A DNA stretch of 64,000 bases, taken from positions 1-64,000 of the IMG/VR virus record IMGVR_UViG_3300037400_001134. The stretch is one strand, 5' to 3'. Under the pieces are notes generated by a model. It did no database searches, had not been told where the DNA came from, and saw only the letters and a list, made by a program, of their open reading frames with translations. Of this stretch, positions 47,397-56,460 are shown piece after piece. Source of the DNA: a virus (taxonomy: Duplodnaviria; Caudoviricetes). Made by a program: the position numbers and the translations under genes. Position 1 is the first letter of the stretch, and every line of letters starts with the position of its first letter.

Positions 47397-47792
47397 ATGT
47401 CAAAGAAATTAGAGAGTCTCCGTGATACTCTTTGCGGAGAACTAGAAAAGGTAGCAAGGAAAGAAGAAATCAATATGTCTGACCTTGATGTTATAGACAA
47501 GCTCACACACTCAATCAAGAACCTCGATAAAGTAATGCTTGGTAATGAAATGATAGAAGAATACGGGTATGACTTTCCCAGTTACAGTGGTGCTAGAAGA
47601 GGACGAGATGGAGATAGTGACGGGAGATATAACGAAGGAAGAAGAGGAAGAAGCCGTGACAGCTACGACAGAGACGGAAGAAGCTATGAAAGAGATTATT
47701 CCAGAGAAGTCGGTTATAGTGGGCACGACCATGAACGTTCGGACATTGAACGTTTTAAACACATGATGCAAGATGCAGTAAATCAACTTTAA
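47397..47792 (+). CDS. Protein with an R/G/D-rich disordered C-terminus
   Basis: IDKLTHSIKNLDKV followed by RRGRDGDSDGRY low-complexity sequence. Confidence 0.75.
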   Translation: MSKKLESLRDTLCGELEKVARKEEINMSDLDVIDKLTHSIKNLDKVMLGNEMIEEYGYDFPSYSGARRGRDGDSDGRYNEGRRGRSRDSYDRDGRSYERDYSREVGYSGHDHERSDIERFKHMMQDAVNQL

Positions 47793-47806
47793 ATAAGAAG
47801 TAATTC

Positions 47807-47839
47807 AGAGCCAGCTAATTATAGCTGGCTCTTTCTTTT
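47807..47839 (+). terminator. Intrinsic terminator
   Basis: AGAGCCAGCTA-ATTA-TAGCTGGCTCT-TTCTTTT. Confidence 0.85.
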
Positions 47840-47845
47840 GCAGTA

Positions 47846-47874
47846 TTGACAAGCAATTAAATATGTTATAGAAT
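47846..47874 (+). promoter_or_regulatory. Sigma-A-like promoter
   Basis: TTGACA-17 nt-TAGAAT. Confidence 0.8.
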
Positions 47875-47923
47875 GTTTAGCGTAAAGAAAAATTTGCAAT
47901 AAAACGATAAAAACGGAGAAACT

Positions 47924-49621
47924 ATGATAACGGTAAGAATTAAGAAATCAAAGTTTATGCCTGATGATTATTCAGCGTATCTCTCTTTTCCTTTCAATCA
48001 AGATGTGATTGATACTATTAAAGAGTTGAAACATAGAAGCTGGATAAAAGGGTCAAAAGAATGGGAAATAAGAATTGAAGATTTACCACATATGTTTGAG
48101 ACATTTCCTAATATGGATTTTGATGTGAGTGGCAGATATGTAGAACTATCCCCTACTACTAATTTTAATCTTGATAACTTCTCATTTAAAACTGACTGCT
48201 ATAAACATCAGAAAGAAGGGTTTAAATATGGTCTGATGCATAATAGATGGTTATTAGGTGATGACCAAGGGTTAGGCAAGACAAAACAAGTTATAGACAT
48301 AGCAGTTGCAAGGAAACTTGCATTTGGTTATAGTCATTGTCTTATAATCTGCGGAGTAAATGGATTAAAGTGGAACTGGATGAATGAGATTAAAAGACAT
48401 TCAGATGAGACAGGTTATATTCTCGGTCAGAGAGTTAGAAAGAAAACAGGTGAGCTATATATCGGCACTTCTAAAGATAAGCTACATGATATAGAGCATT
48501 TGGATGAGATTGACAGTTACTTCATTATTACTAATGTAGAGACACTACGAGATGATGATATTAACAGCCAGATAATAAAGTGGTTACACTCTGATACTGA
48601 CTGTAAGATAAATATGATTGCGGCTGATGAGGTACATAAGATGAAGAATCCATCTAGTCAGCAAGGTAAAGCATTTATCAAGTTAGATGCTGATTGTAGA
48701 ATTGCTATGACTGGTACACCTCTTATGAACTCACCTCTTGATTTGTATATCATATTGAGATGGTTAGGATTTGAGAAACACGCTTTCTATACATTTAAAA
48801 ACTATTATGCAGTATTTGGTGGATATGGGGGATATCAGATAGTAGGCTATAAACATTTAGATGAATTAGAAGAACAGCTACAATCTATAATGTTAAGGCG
48901 ATTGAAAAAGAATGTCTTAGATTTGCCAGAAAAGACATACATAGATGAATATGTGGATATGACTGCTAAACAGTCAGTCATCTATAAAGAGATTAAAGCA
49001 GAAATAAAATCTAATATAGATATGATTTCTGTTTCGCCCAATCCTTTAGCAGAGATGATAAGACTAAGACAAGCTACAGGTTATACTGGTATTTTATCAA
49101 GTCAAGTACAAGAGAGTGCGAAGCTCGATAGGATGATGGAGATTGTAGCAGATGCAATAAGTAATGGAAATAAAGTAGTTATATTTAGCAACTGGTCACA
49201 AATTGTAGATATAACATATGACAGACTGTACGATAAACAGTACGGCATAATGCGTATAACAGGAGATACTGCTGATAGTCAGAGGCAGGGTATAGTTGAT
49301 GCTTTTCAAAATACTGATATGTGCAGAGTTCTTATAGGAACTACTGGTGCTATGGGTACTGGACTAACTCTTACTGCCGCGAGTGTTGTAATATTTTTAG
49401 ACCATCCATGGAACAAAGCCAACTATGACCAGTGTGTTGATAGATGCCACAGAATAGGTCAAAATAAAAATATCACTATATATAATTTATTAGCTAAAAA
49501 TACTATCGACGAGAGGGTATGGGAATTAGTTAAACATAAAGGTGAACTTAGTGACCAGATTGTAGACAAAGCAGGTAAAGTAATGACAAATAAAGATATT
49601 GCAGAATATCTATTAAGTTAA
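47924..49621 (+). CDS. SNF2/SWI2-family helicase with a HARP-like N-terminus
   Basis: DDQGLGKT, ADEVH, MTGTP, LLRQATG-like motif, TGLTLT, QCVDRCHRIGQ. Confidence 0.93.
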   Translation: MITVRIKKSKFMPDDYSAYLSFPFNQDVIDTIKELKHRSWIKGSKEWEIRIEDLPHMFETFPNMDFDVSGRYVELSPTTNFNLDNFSFKTDCYKHQKEGFKYGLMHNRWLLGDDQGLGKTKQVIDIAVARKLAFGYSHCLIICGVNGLKWNWMNEIKRHSDETGYILGQRVRKKTGELYIGTSKDKLHDIEHLDEIDSYFIITNVETLRDDDINSQIIKWLHSDTDCKINMIAADEVHKMKNPSSQQGKAFIKLDADCRIAMTGTPLMNSPLDLYIILRWLGFEKHAFYTFKNYYAVFGGYGGYQIVGYKHLDELEEQLQSIMLRRLKKNVLDLPEKTYIDEYVDMTAKQSVIYKEIKAEIKSNIDMISVSPNPLAEMIRLRQATGYTGILSSQVQESAKLDRMMEIVADAISNGNKVVIFSNWSQIVDITYDRLYDKQYGIMRITGDTADSQRQGIVDAFQNTDMCRVLIGTTGAMGTGLTLTAASVVIFLDHPWNKANYDQCVDRCHRIGQNKNITIYNLLAKNTIDERVWELVKHKGELSDQIVDKAGKVMTNKDIAEYLLS

Positions 49622-49632
49622 AGGAGAAATTT

Positions 49633-49896
49633 ATGGAGAATAAGATTAAAATAGAGGAACTTGCTATGCGCATTGATTCCTCTACACAGACAATCAATAA
49701 CTGGTATAAGTGGAAGAGAGAGAATCCAGACAATGAGCTTGCATCTCTTTTACCCGACTATGTTCAAGAAGGTAATAGACAGACAAGATATTGGAATACA
49801 AAAGACATTTGGAAGTTCATTGAGTTTAAAACTGCTATTGTTCATGGCAGAAATGGAATAATGGGACAATCCCGTAGAAAGAAGGTAGAGAAATGA
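49633..49896 (+). CDS. MerR/excisionase-like winged HTH protein
   Basis: IEELAMRIDSSTQTINNWY...RYWNTKDI. Confidence 0.6.
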   Translation: MENKIKIEELAMRIDSSTQTINNWYKWKRENPDNELASLLPDYVQEGNRQTRYWNTKDIWKFIEFKTAIVHGRNGIMGQSRRKKVEK

Positions 49897-50342
49897 GAAA
49901 GAATTTAACAGAAGCAATCGACAACACCAATGTATCAGGAAGTGAAAATTTGACGCCTTCCTCAGCTTTAAAAAAGTTAGTTGACAGTTATATCGTCAAC
50001 AAACAGAATGAAGCTGATTTCAAAAAGCAGGCGTCAGCAGAGAATACACAGATAAAAGAACTGATGCATGAGTACAACCTTACAGAAGTAGAGGGCAACA
50101 ATGGTACAGCAACTATTAAAGAACAGGAGAGCGTAACATTTATAGAGGATAAACTCATTGAGTTCCTTAAAGCTAACAATATCGCTAATGATATTGTTAA
50201 GACTAAAGAGTATGTGGATTATGATGCTCTTGAATCCGCAATCTATCACGACAAAATATCAAAAGATTTGCAGAGAGAAATGGCATCTTGTCAGGAAAAG
50301 AAAGTAACCACAGTATTAAGAATCAAAGCAAAGAAAGGATAA
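49893..50342 (+). CDS. Hypothetical protein (coiled coil followed by a beta region)
   Basis: ORF track; ATGA overlap. Confidence 0.7.
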   Translation: MRKNLTEAIDNTNVSGSENLTPSSALKKLVDSYIVNKQNEADFKKQASAENTQIKELMHEYNLTEVEGNNGTATIKEQESVTFIEDKLIEFLKANNIANDIVKTKEYVDYDALESAIYHDKISKDLQREMASCQEKKVTTVLRIKAKKG

Positions 50343-50450
50343 TAATATGTTGATACATCCATTTGCAGCCGGTGTTTTAGCTACTCTCTTTATAGAGATG
50401 GCTTTTATACTTATTTATGCTTATATCACTTATAGAGGAGGAAAAAGATA

Positions 50451-50678
50451 ATGGCTAAATATGAAGTTAAAGGAAAAACTACAAAGATTATTGCTACTTC
50501 AAGATGTGCAGTAAAGATTAAGGATAATTATTACACAACCGAACTTTCAGCAGAAAGAGTATTACCAGAGAGTGATGATGTAGACCTCAATAAGGAGTAT
50601 GAAGATTTATTCAACTCCATAAATGATGAGGTTGATAGACAGATGACAGATATTATAAACACATTTGCAAGGAAATAA
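50451..50678 (+). CDS. Hypothetical protein
   Basis: GAGGAGG Shine-Dalgarno. Confidence 0.7.
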   Translation: MAKYEVKGKTTKIIATSRCAVKIKDNYYTTELSAERVLPESDDVDLNKEYEDLFNSINDEVDRQMTDIINTFARK

Positions 50679-50718
50679 GTTCCTGTTTACACGCTAATCT
50701 AATCATGTTATAGTATGT
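50679..50718 (+). promoter_or_regulatory. Promoter of the candidate sRNA
   Basis: GTTCCTG-TTTACA-17 nt-(TG)TATAGT-ATGT. Confidence 0.8.
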
Positions 50719-50720
50719 AT

Positions 50721-50829
50721 TGTAAAGAGCAAACAAGTTCTCATGTTTCTTGTTTTTACTTCTTTCATATTGTGTATGTTGTTTCTGTTGTTAGAAAGTA
50801 GCGTGAGCCTAGTGCTTGCGCTTCTTTCT
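50721..50829 (+). ncRNA. Candidate trans-acting antisense sRNA targeting early mRNA leaders
   Basis: Own promoter, 5' hairpin, 33-nt U/G-rich core complementary to AACAAC..ATATGAAAG leaders, 3' terminator hairpin, no + strand ORF. Confidence 0.62.
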
Positions 50830-50832
50830 GTA

Positions 50833-50861
50833 TTGACAAATGTATATAAATATGTTAATGT
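50833..50861 (+). promoter_or_regulatory. Promoter for the replication initiator leader
   Basis: TTGACA-17 nt-(TG)TAATGT. Confidence 0.6.
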
Positions 50862-50993
50862 ATATTTAGTCATTAAGACTTGATGCACATATTGAAAAGG
50901 AGTAGCTACCTTTAAAAATTTGTGCTACAATGAATAAGCCAGTTAATGTGCGCATACGTTGACTGACAATGTATAAACACATAATAACTGGCA

Positions 50994-51041
50994 AAGAGCT
51001 TGATATGATGAAGATGCGCCTTCTGAGTATCGAGCTTTTTT
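50994..51041 (+). terminator. Terminator/attenuator in the leader of the replication initiator gene
   Basis: AAGAGCTTGATA...TATCGAGCTTTT-TT. Confidence 0.6.
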
Positions 51042-51077
51042 ATTGCAAGAAAAGAAGATTGTTGGGAGGATAATAAA

Positions 51078-52004
51078 ATGAAGGACACTAATTATTTTTC
51101 TGTTCAAGCTTGGATGGTTACAAAATTAAATCTAAAGGGTGCAGAGCGTGATATCTACGCTATTCTATATGGATTCACACAGGATAATGAAAGCGAATGT
51201 AAATGTAGTTATACATATATGTCCACTATAACAGGGTATACAAAACGAGCAATAATGGATGCTATGGACAGATTATTAGCTAAAAATCTTATAGTAAAGT
51301 CTGGTTCAGATTCAGATAGAGATATGAGAAACATCTATAAATGTAACTTTGATTATATTGATGGAGTATTAAGAGGGGGTGAAGTAACTTCACCACTAGG
51401 GGGTGAAGTAACTTCACCACTTGATGCACTAGGGGGTGAAGTAACTTCACCACATAATATAAGATATATAAATAATATCCATAATAAAAGCACCGGAGAC
51501 GGTGCTCTTTCTAAAAATCATTCTCAGGTTTATAAGAAAAGAGAAAGTCTAAATGATGATTTAGAGAGTGGAAAAGATATAGACAAACAAAAGTCTGATA
51601 AAAGAAAATCTCCTAAAGACAAATTCAAAGATGAATGTTTAGATATTATAGAAAAAGAGTATTCAGATGAAACAAAGGATTTACTTATAGAATATTTTGA
51701 TTTTGTTACGGCAGTTCCAGAAGATAAAAGTAATTTGTGTAAGCGTGTAAAAACAGTAAAGCAGTGGAGACATAAACTAGATAGATTAGATGATTTAGTT
51801 AAAGACGGCTATGATTGTAGAAAACTCATACAACAGAGTTTAGATAAAAAGCAGTATGTATTTTATCCATTACAATCAGTTCAGCAATATAAAGCAAAAA
51901 GAGGAGGCGAAACTTTATGTGATGAAATAGTTACTACAAATGTTGAAGAAGCACAAAGATTATGGGATGAAGCTAAAAATAGCGGAAAAGGAGAATATTG
52001 CTGA
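51078..52004 (+). CDS. Phage replication initiator (N-terminal winged HTH)
   Basis: LKGAERDIYAILYGFTQ...YMSTITGYTKRAIMDAMDRLLAKNLI; internal iterons; upstream of a DnaC-like gene. Confidence 0.85.
   Translation: MKDTNYFSVQAWMVTKLNLKGAERDIYAILYGFTQDNESECKCSYTYMSTITGYTKRAIMDAMDRLLAKNLIVKSGSDSDRDMRNIYKCNFDYIDGVLRGGEVTSPLGGEVTSPLDALGGEVTSPHNIRYINNIHNKSTGDGALSKNHSQVYKKRESLNDDLESGKDIDKQKSDKRKSPKDKFKDECLDIIEKEYSDETKDLLIEYFDFVTAVPEDKSNLCKRVKTVKQWRHKLDRLDDLVKDGYDCRKLIQQSLDKKQYVFYPLQSVQQYKAKRGGETLCDEIVTTNVEEAQRLWDEAKNSGKGEYC
51374..51453 (+). repeat. Three 23-bp palindromic iterons (probable origin)
   Basis: AGGGGGTGAAGTAACTTCACCAC at 51374, 51398 and 51431. Confidence 0.9.
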
Positions 52005-52669
52005 TGTTTACAGTATGGACAAGTGAAAAGTTAAAAGAGCTTTCAATTACAGAGAAGTTTATGTTAGAAAATAGTGGTATGCCTAAGATAAGATGGACAG
52101 ATGAGGAATTGCTTGTTACTGATGATAATAGAGAGGCATATAGTAGACTTACTCAAATTAGAAATAGCTTATATTCGTTTGTGCGCTCCAGCACAAATAA
52201 TTTAGTAATTTGTGGGAAGAGTACAGGTAATGGTAAAACAACTTGGGCAAATAAGTTGATGCTCACATATATAGAGCAGAATTGTCATAGGTTAGATAAT
52301 GTGCCTATCGAAGATTTGACTGTTGATAAACATGATATGTGTTTATTTTGTCTTTTAGTTCCATTTCTCGTTGAGCTAAAGATGTTTGGTAATAATAGTG
52401 AAAGTACAAATTTATACCACCGATTATGTAAATCAGAATTTGTGGTGCTTGACGATTTAGGTGCAGTACCTATGACACAATATGACTATAATGCAGTATA
52501 TGGCATTATTGAACATAGACTTGATAAGGGCTTACCTACAGTGATTACAACAAACTTTACCTCACTAGATAGTTTACAGAGCGAGATAGGACCAAGATTA
52601 GCAGAGAGAATATGGAGTAATTCTGAAATAGTGAATATCAAATCAAGTGGTTTTAGGGGTGTAAGATGA
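51998..52669 (+). CDS. DnaC/IstB-like helicase loader ATPase
   Basis: GKSTGNGKTT, VVLDDLG, IEHRLDKGLPTVITTN, GPRLAERI. Confidence 0.9.
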   Translation: MLMFTVWTSEKLKELSITEKFMLENSGMPKIRWTDEELLVTDDNREAYSRLTQIRNSLYSFVRSSTNNLVICGKSTGNGKTTWANKLMLTYIEQNCHRLDNVPIEDLTVDKHDMCLFCLLVPFLVELKMFGNNSESTNLYHRLCKSEFVVLDDLGAVPMTQYDYNAVYGIIEHRLDKGLPTVITTNFTSLDSLQSEIGPRLAERIWSNSEIVNIKSSGFRGVR

Positions 52670-54021
52670 GTGCTATTTATCTACAAGTATTGACACGAAT
52701 AGTTGATGGGAAAGACTATTCATTTATAGAGGACAATAACCTCACAAGTAATATGTTTGATGCATATTCAGATGTATTTGATTTTATAGTTGACCACTAT
52801 AATCAATACAAAGTAATTCCAGAAGATACAACAATTCAGCAGAAGTTTCCAGATATTGAATTTGTTGAGGTGAATGAGAGTGATGAGTACCTATTAGATG
52901 CATTAAGGAGTGAAAATGTAACTAATAGATTACAAAGTATATTCAGACACGCTAATGAGATAGCCAATAAAGACGGTAGCTTTGCTACATTAGATTATTT
53001 AAAAGATGCAATTACTCATATTGAGATAGAAAATCATATAGCGTCCACAGAGATTATAAGCTCATTTAATGACAGATTACAACACTCCACAGATGTAACA
53101 CTTAATCATTCTGATTGGTTTATACCTACAGGTTTTGATGAGCTTGATGGTGATATAAATGGTTTTCAGAGAGGAGATGAGCTTGTAGTTTTATATGCTC
53201 GTACCAATCAAGGTAAATCATGGATATCTGAAAAGATAGCTACATATATGGCAGAGATAGGATTTAGAGTAGGCTATTTCTCTCCTGAAATGGGTGAACT
53301 TGATGTTGGTTATAGATTTGATACATTACATGGTCATATCTCAAACAATGCTATGAGATTGGGTAGAGAAGATGATGATTTCAGTCTTGAATCTTATAAA
53401 GAATACGGAGACACATTAAGTAAATTAACTGGTAAATTGTTTGTTACACGACCTAAGACATTTAACAGAAAAGTTACAGTATCAAAGTTAAGACAGTGGA
53501 TAAAGTCTGATAAATTAGATGCATTATTCATAGATGGTATTACATATCTTACTGATGAGAGATTTAAGAGAGGCGACAGTAAAACAATATCATTAACTAA
53601 TATTTCAGAAGATTTGATGGAATTATCAGCAGAACTGAAACTTCCAATAATAGTTGTAGTACAGGCTAATAGAGGTGGTGTAGTTGATAAAAATTCTTTA
53701 GATACACCTGAGCTAGAAAATATCAGAGATAGTGATGGTATAGCACAAAATGCCAGTATTGTATACGCTATTCGACAAGTGAAAACAGGTAGTGGTGATA
53801 CATTTCTTATTTTCGATAATAAAAAGATGAGAGGTGGAGAAGTAGGTAAATCATATAAGTATAGATGGGATATTAACTATGGTAAGTTTGTAACTGTTGC
53901 TGATAATGAGATACAACTAAATCAAGATACAGATGAAGCTCCAGTAAGAGAAAAGAAAGAGCCTACTGTAGGTAAACGCACAAGAGCAAAACGAGAGAGT
54001 GTGGCAGAAGATGATTATTGA
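52666..54021 (+). CDS. dnaB: Replicative DnaB-like helicase
   Basis: IPTGFDELD, ARTNQGKS, FSPEM, FIDGITYL, VQANR, SDGIAQNAS. Confidence 0.93.
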   Translation: MSAIYLQVLTRIVDGKDYSFIEDNNLTSNMFDAYSDVFDFIVDHYNQYKVIPEDTTIQQKFPDIEFVEVNESDEYLLDALRSENVTNRLQSIFRHANEIANKDGSFATLDYLKDAITHIEIENHIASTEIISSFNDRLQHSTDVTLNHSDWFIPTGFDELDGDINGFQRGDELVVLYARTNQGKSWISEKIATYMAEIGFRVGYFSPEMGELDVGYRFDTLHGHISNNAMRLGREDDDFSLESYKEYGDTLSKLTGKLFVTRPKTFNRKVTVSKLRQWIKSDKLDALFIDGITYLTDERFKRGDSKTISLTNISEDLMELSAELKLPIIVVVQANRGGVVDKNSLDTPELENIRDSDGIAQNASIVYAIRQVKTGSGDTFLIFDNKKMRGGEVGKSYKYRWDINYGKFVTVADNEIQLNQDTDEAPVREKKEPTVGKRTRAKRESVAEDDY

Positions 54022-54970
54022 TAATACAGAATACTTAATGGACTCAATAGATATAATCAATCTGTTAAAAGTAGATTTAGCACAACATAACATTGATTAT
54101 CTGAAAGATGTGAAAGATGGTCCTAAGAATATACAGATTACTTGCCCTTATCACGCTAATGGTCAAGAGCGTAAACCATCAGCGGGTATAAGAAAGTCAG
54201 ATGGAATTACTCATTGTTTTGCTTGCGGAGCTACACATACATTACCCGAAGTAATATCATACTGCTTCGGGTATGATGGGGGTAGTTATGGTAAAAGATG
54301 GTTAGATACTCATATACAAGATAGAATCCACACAAATGGCAGAGCTAGATATAAAGAGAGTCAGAAAGAAGTAGTAACAAATAATTTTGTTTCAGAAGAA
54401 GAGTTGGATGAATACCGATGGACACATCCTTATTGGGCAAAGAGAGGTATAGTAAATGAAAAGATTATCGAGTTGTTCGACCTCGGGTATGACAGAAAAA
54501 CTCAATGTATTACCTTCCCAGTTAGAGATATGCAAGGGAACTGTGAATTTGTTGCGAAGCGTTCGGTCAATACAAAGTTCTTCAAATACCCACAAGGAGT
54601 CTCAAAGCCATTGTATGGACTCTATGAGTTATGCTCTTTGGGCTTACAAGATGAGGAAATAATTGTATGTGAGTCAATGATAGATTGTATTCTTTTATGG
54701 CAATCTGACCACTATGCCGTAGCATTGAATGGATTAGGTAATGAACGTCAGTTTAAGCAGTTGAGAGATTTACCTTGCAAGAATCTTATATTAGCTACAG
54801 ATAATGATAAAGCTGGCAGAGATGCTAGAGAAAGAATAAGAAAGAAGGTGACTAATAAATGGATATCTGAAATAGTTTTTCCAAAAGGAATAAAAGATAT
54901 AGGGGAATGCTCTAAAGAGCAGATAAATAATATTTTAGATTGGAGAGAATTTATAGTATTTAGGGGGTAA
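54011..54970 (+). CDS. DNA primase (CHC2 zinc finger and TOPRIM)
   Basis: CPYH...HCFAC; VCESMIDC, ATDNDKAG. Confidence 0.92.
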   Translation: MIIDNTEYLMDSIDIINLLKVDLAQHNIDYLKDVKDGPKNIQITCPYHANGQERKPSAGIRKSDGITHCFACGATHTLPEVISYCFGYDGGSYGKRWLDTHIQDRIHTNGRARYKESQKEVVTNNFVSEEELDEYRWTHPYWAKRGIVNEKIIELFDLGYDRKTQCITFPVRDMQGNCEFVAKRSVNTKFFKYPQGVSKPLYGLYELCSLGLQDEEIIVCESMIDCILLWQSDHYAVALNGLGNERQFKQLRDLPCKNLILATDNDKAGRDARERIRKKVTNKWISEIVFPKGIKDIGECSKEQINNILDWREFIVFRG

Positions 54971-54972
54971 GT

Positions 54973-55635
54973 ATGAGCAAATATTTAATTCACACCTGTG
55001 AGAAGAGGAAGTGGTATGTTGATGAATATTTAGTGCCATCCATGATTAAACAAGGTATAGATAACACAAACATACTAATCTATAATGATGAACACAAGGA
55101 AGGCTGTTTAAAATCATTTATCTCATCATCTGAAATGATAACTACTTTAAGACAAGGGGTGTGGCATTTACAAGATGATATTATTATAAGCTCAAATTTT
55201 AAAAAGGTGACAGAAGAGTTTGATAAGGGTATAGTATGTGGCTTCTGTAGCTATTATAGTGAGGATGCTCCTATAGGAATTAGACCGATAAATGATATGT
55301 GGTATTCATTTCCGTGCATAAGGATACCGAATGTAGTTCTTAAAGGATTTGTGAAATGGATAAATTCTCAGAATACACAAAATAAATACAGGGTATATAT
55401 AGAACAGAACAAGTTTGTGGATTTATTGTTTAGAGAATATGTTACTACTATATATGAAGATAAACTAATACATAATCTGTGCCCTAATATCGTAGATAAT
55501 GTTGATTACTTATTAGGTGGCTCAACTATAAATTATATAAGAGACAAACAGCCTGTATCATTATATTTTCAAGAGAAAAATCTTATAGAGGAATTAAAAC
55601 ATTCCTTAGAAAATACTATTTACAACAAAAAATAA
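54973..55635 (+). CDS. GT-A fold glycosyltransferase
   Basis: VWHLQDDIII acidic motif; WYSFPCIRIP. Confidence 0.65.
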   Translation: MSKYLIHTCEKRKWYVDEYLVPSMIKQGIDNTNILIYNDEHKEGCLKSFISSSEMITTLRQGVWHLQDDIIISSNFKKVTEEFDKGIVCGFCSYYSEDAPIGIRPINDMWYSFPCIRIPNVVLKGFVKWINSQNTQNKYRVYIEQNKFVDLLFREYVTTIYEDKLIHNLCPNIVDNVDYLLGGSTINYIRDKQPVSLYFQEKNLIEELKHSLENTIYNKK

Positions 55636-55651
55636 ATATGTTATAGTATGT
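55619..55651 (+). promoter_or_regulatory. Class-2 promoter (ATGTTATAGTATGT motif)
   Basis: TTTACA-17 nt-(TG)TATAGT. Confidence 0.75.
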
Positions 55652-55708
55652 TTGTAGTTGAGCAACACAAAACATTTTAAACGTCTAAACGACAGAAAGG
55701 TAAAAACG

Positions 55709-56428
55709 ATGGCAACAAAAGAAACAAAGAAATCAGTAAACGAAGTTGGTATTATCGGTCAGATGTACGAGGAGCGAAAGTCTAAAAAGCTCGGTGTTCT
55801 TGAAAGCAGAAATGAGAAGTTTAAAACTCTTATGATGCGAGATAATAACGGAACATCATTCACAGTACAGTATTCCACATTCAGAAGTAATTGGAGAAAG
55901 TATCAGGGCGAAGAAGTTATTCAGACTTCCGAACAAAAAGAAGAAGTCAAGCAGGCTGCTAAAGAGGAACTCAAGGAAGCAAAGAAAGAGATGGCAAAGT
56001 CTACAGAGACTACAATTAAGTTTAGTAGACAGGAAAGAATTGATGCTATAAAAGCATTAAGGACAGTTCTTAAAGATGCTATCAAAGATGCTAAGTATCC
56101 TCTTGAGCTTGTGAATCTTGCAAAGGGTGGCACAGTAGTGAAGCTCAAAGGCAAGAGAAGAACAATGTTTGAGATATGGTTACCTCTGAGATATCCGGAT
56201 GTATATTCATTCAGAATGAGAGAGGACATTGCCAAGTATGTAGATATTCCTGAAGAGAAAGAATATCTTGAAAAGGATGTAAACTGCATCAGATTTAGAC
56301 CTAAGAGAGAAAGATTTGATGACGTACTTAAAGTAGTATTAACAGCGGTAGAAAAGTTTGTAGAAGATACAGACTTTTTACATAAAGACGAAGAAAACGA
56401 AAAAACGAAAGAAAAGGAGAAAAACTAA
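55709..56428 (+). CDS. Hypothetical protein
   Basis: ATG 55709 after GAAAGG. Confidence 0.75.
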   Translation: MATKETKKSVNEVGIIGQMYEERKSKKLGVLESRNEKFKTLMMRDNNGTSFTVQYSTFRSNWRKYQGEEVIQTSEQKEEVKQAAKEELKEAKKEMAKSTETTIKFSRQERIDAIKALRTVLKDAIKDAKYPLELVNLAKGGTVVKLKGKRRTMFEIWLPLRYPDVYSFRMREDIAKYVDIPEEKEYLEKDVNCIRFRPKRERFDDVLKVVLTAVEKFVEDTDFLHKDEENEKTKEKEKN

Positions 56429-56460
56429 TGGCAAGATTTTCGTATGAGGCAATATTGTGA
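56428..56460 (+). pseudogene. Orphaned original 5' end of the SSB gene (MARFSYEAIL)
   Basis: Strong AAGGAG Shine-Dalgarno; ATGGCAAGATTTTCGTATGAG resembles the SSB start ATGCGATTTGCGTATGAA. Confidence 0.6.

Noticed and set aside
50703-50888. 61-aa minus-strand ORF, or a 13-aa peptide as a type I toxin opposite the sRNA
   Set aside because: Degenerate Shine-Dalgarno (GAAAGAAG), no convincing minus-strand promoter at the right spacing, and the peptide is not a clear TM helix; retained only as the alternative that would refute the sRNA model
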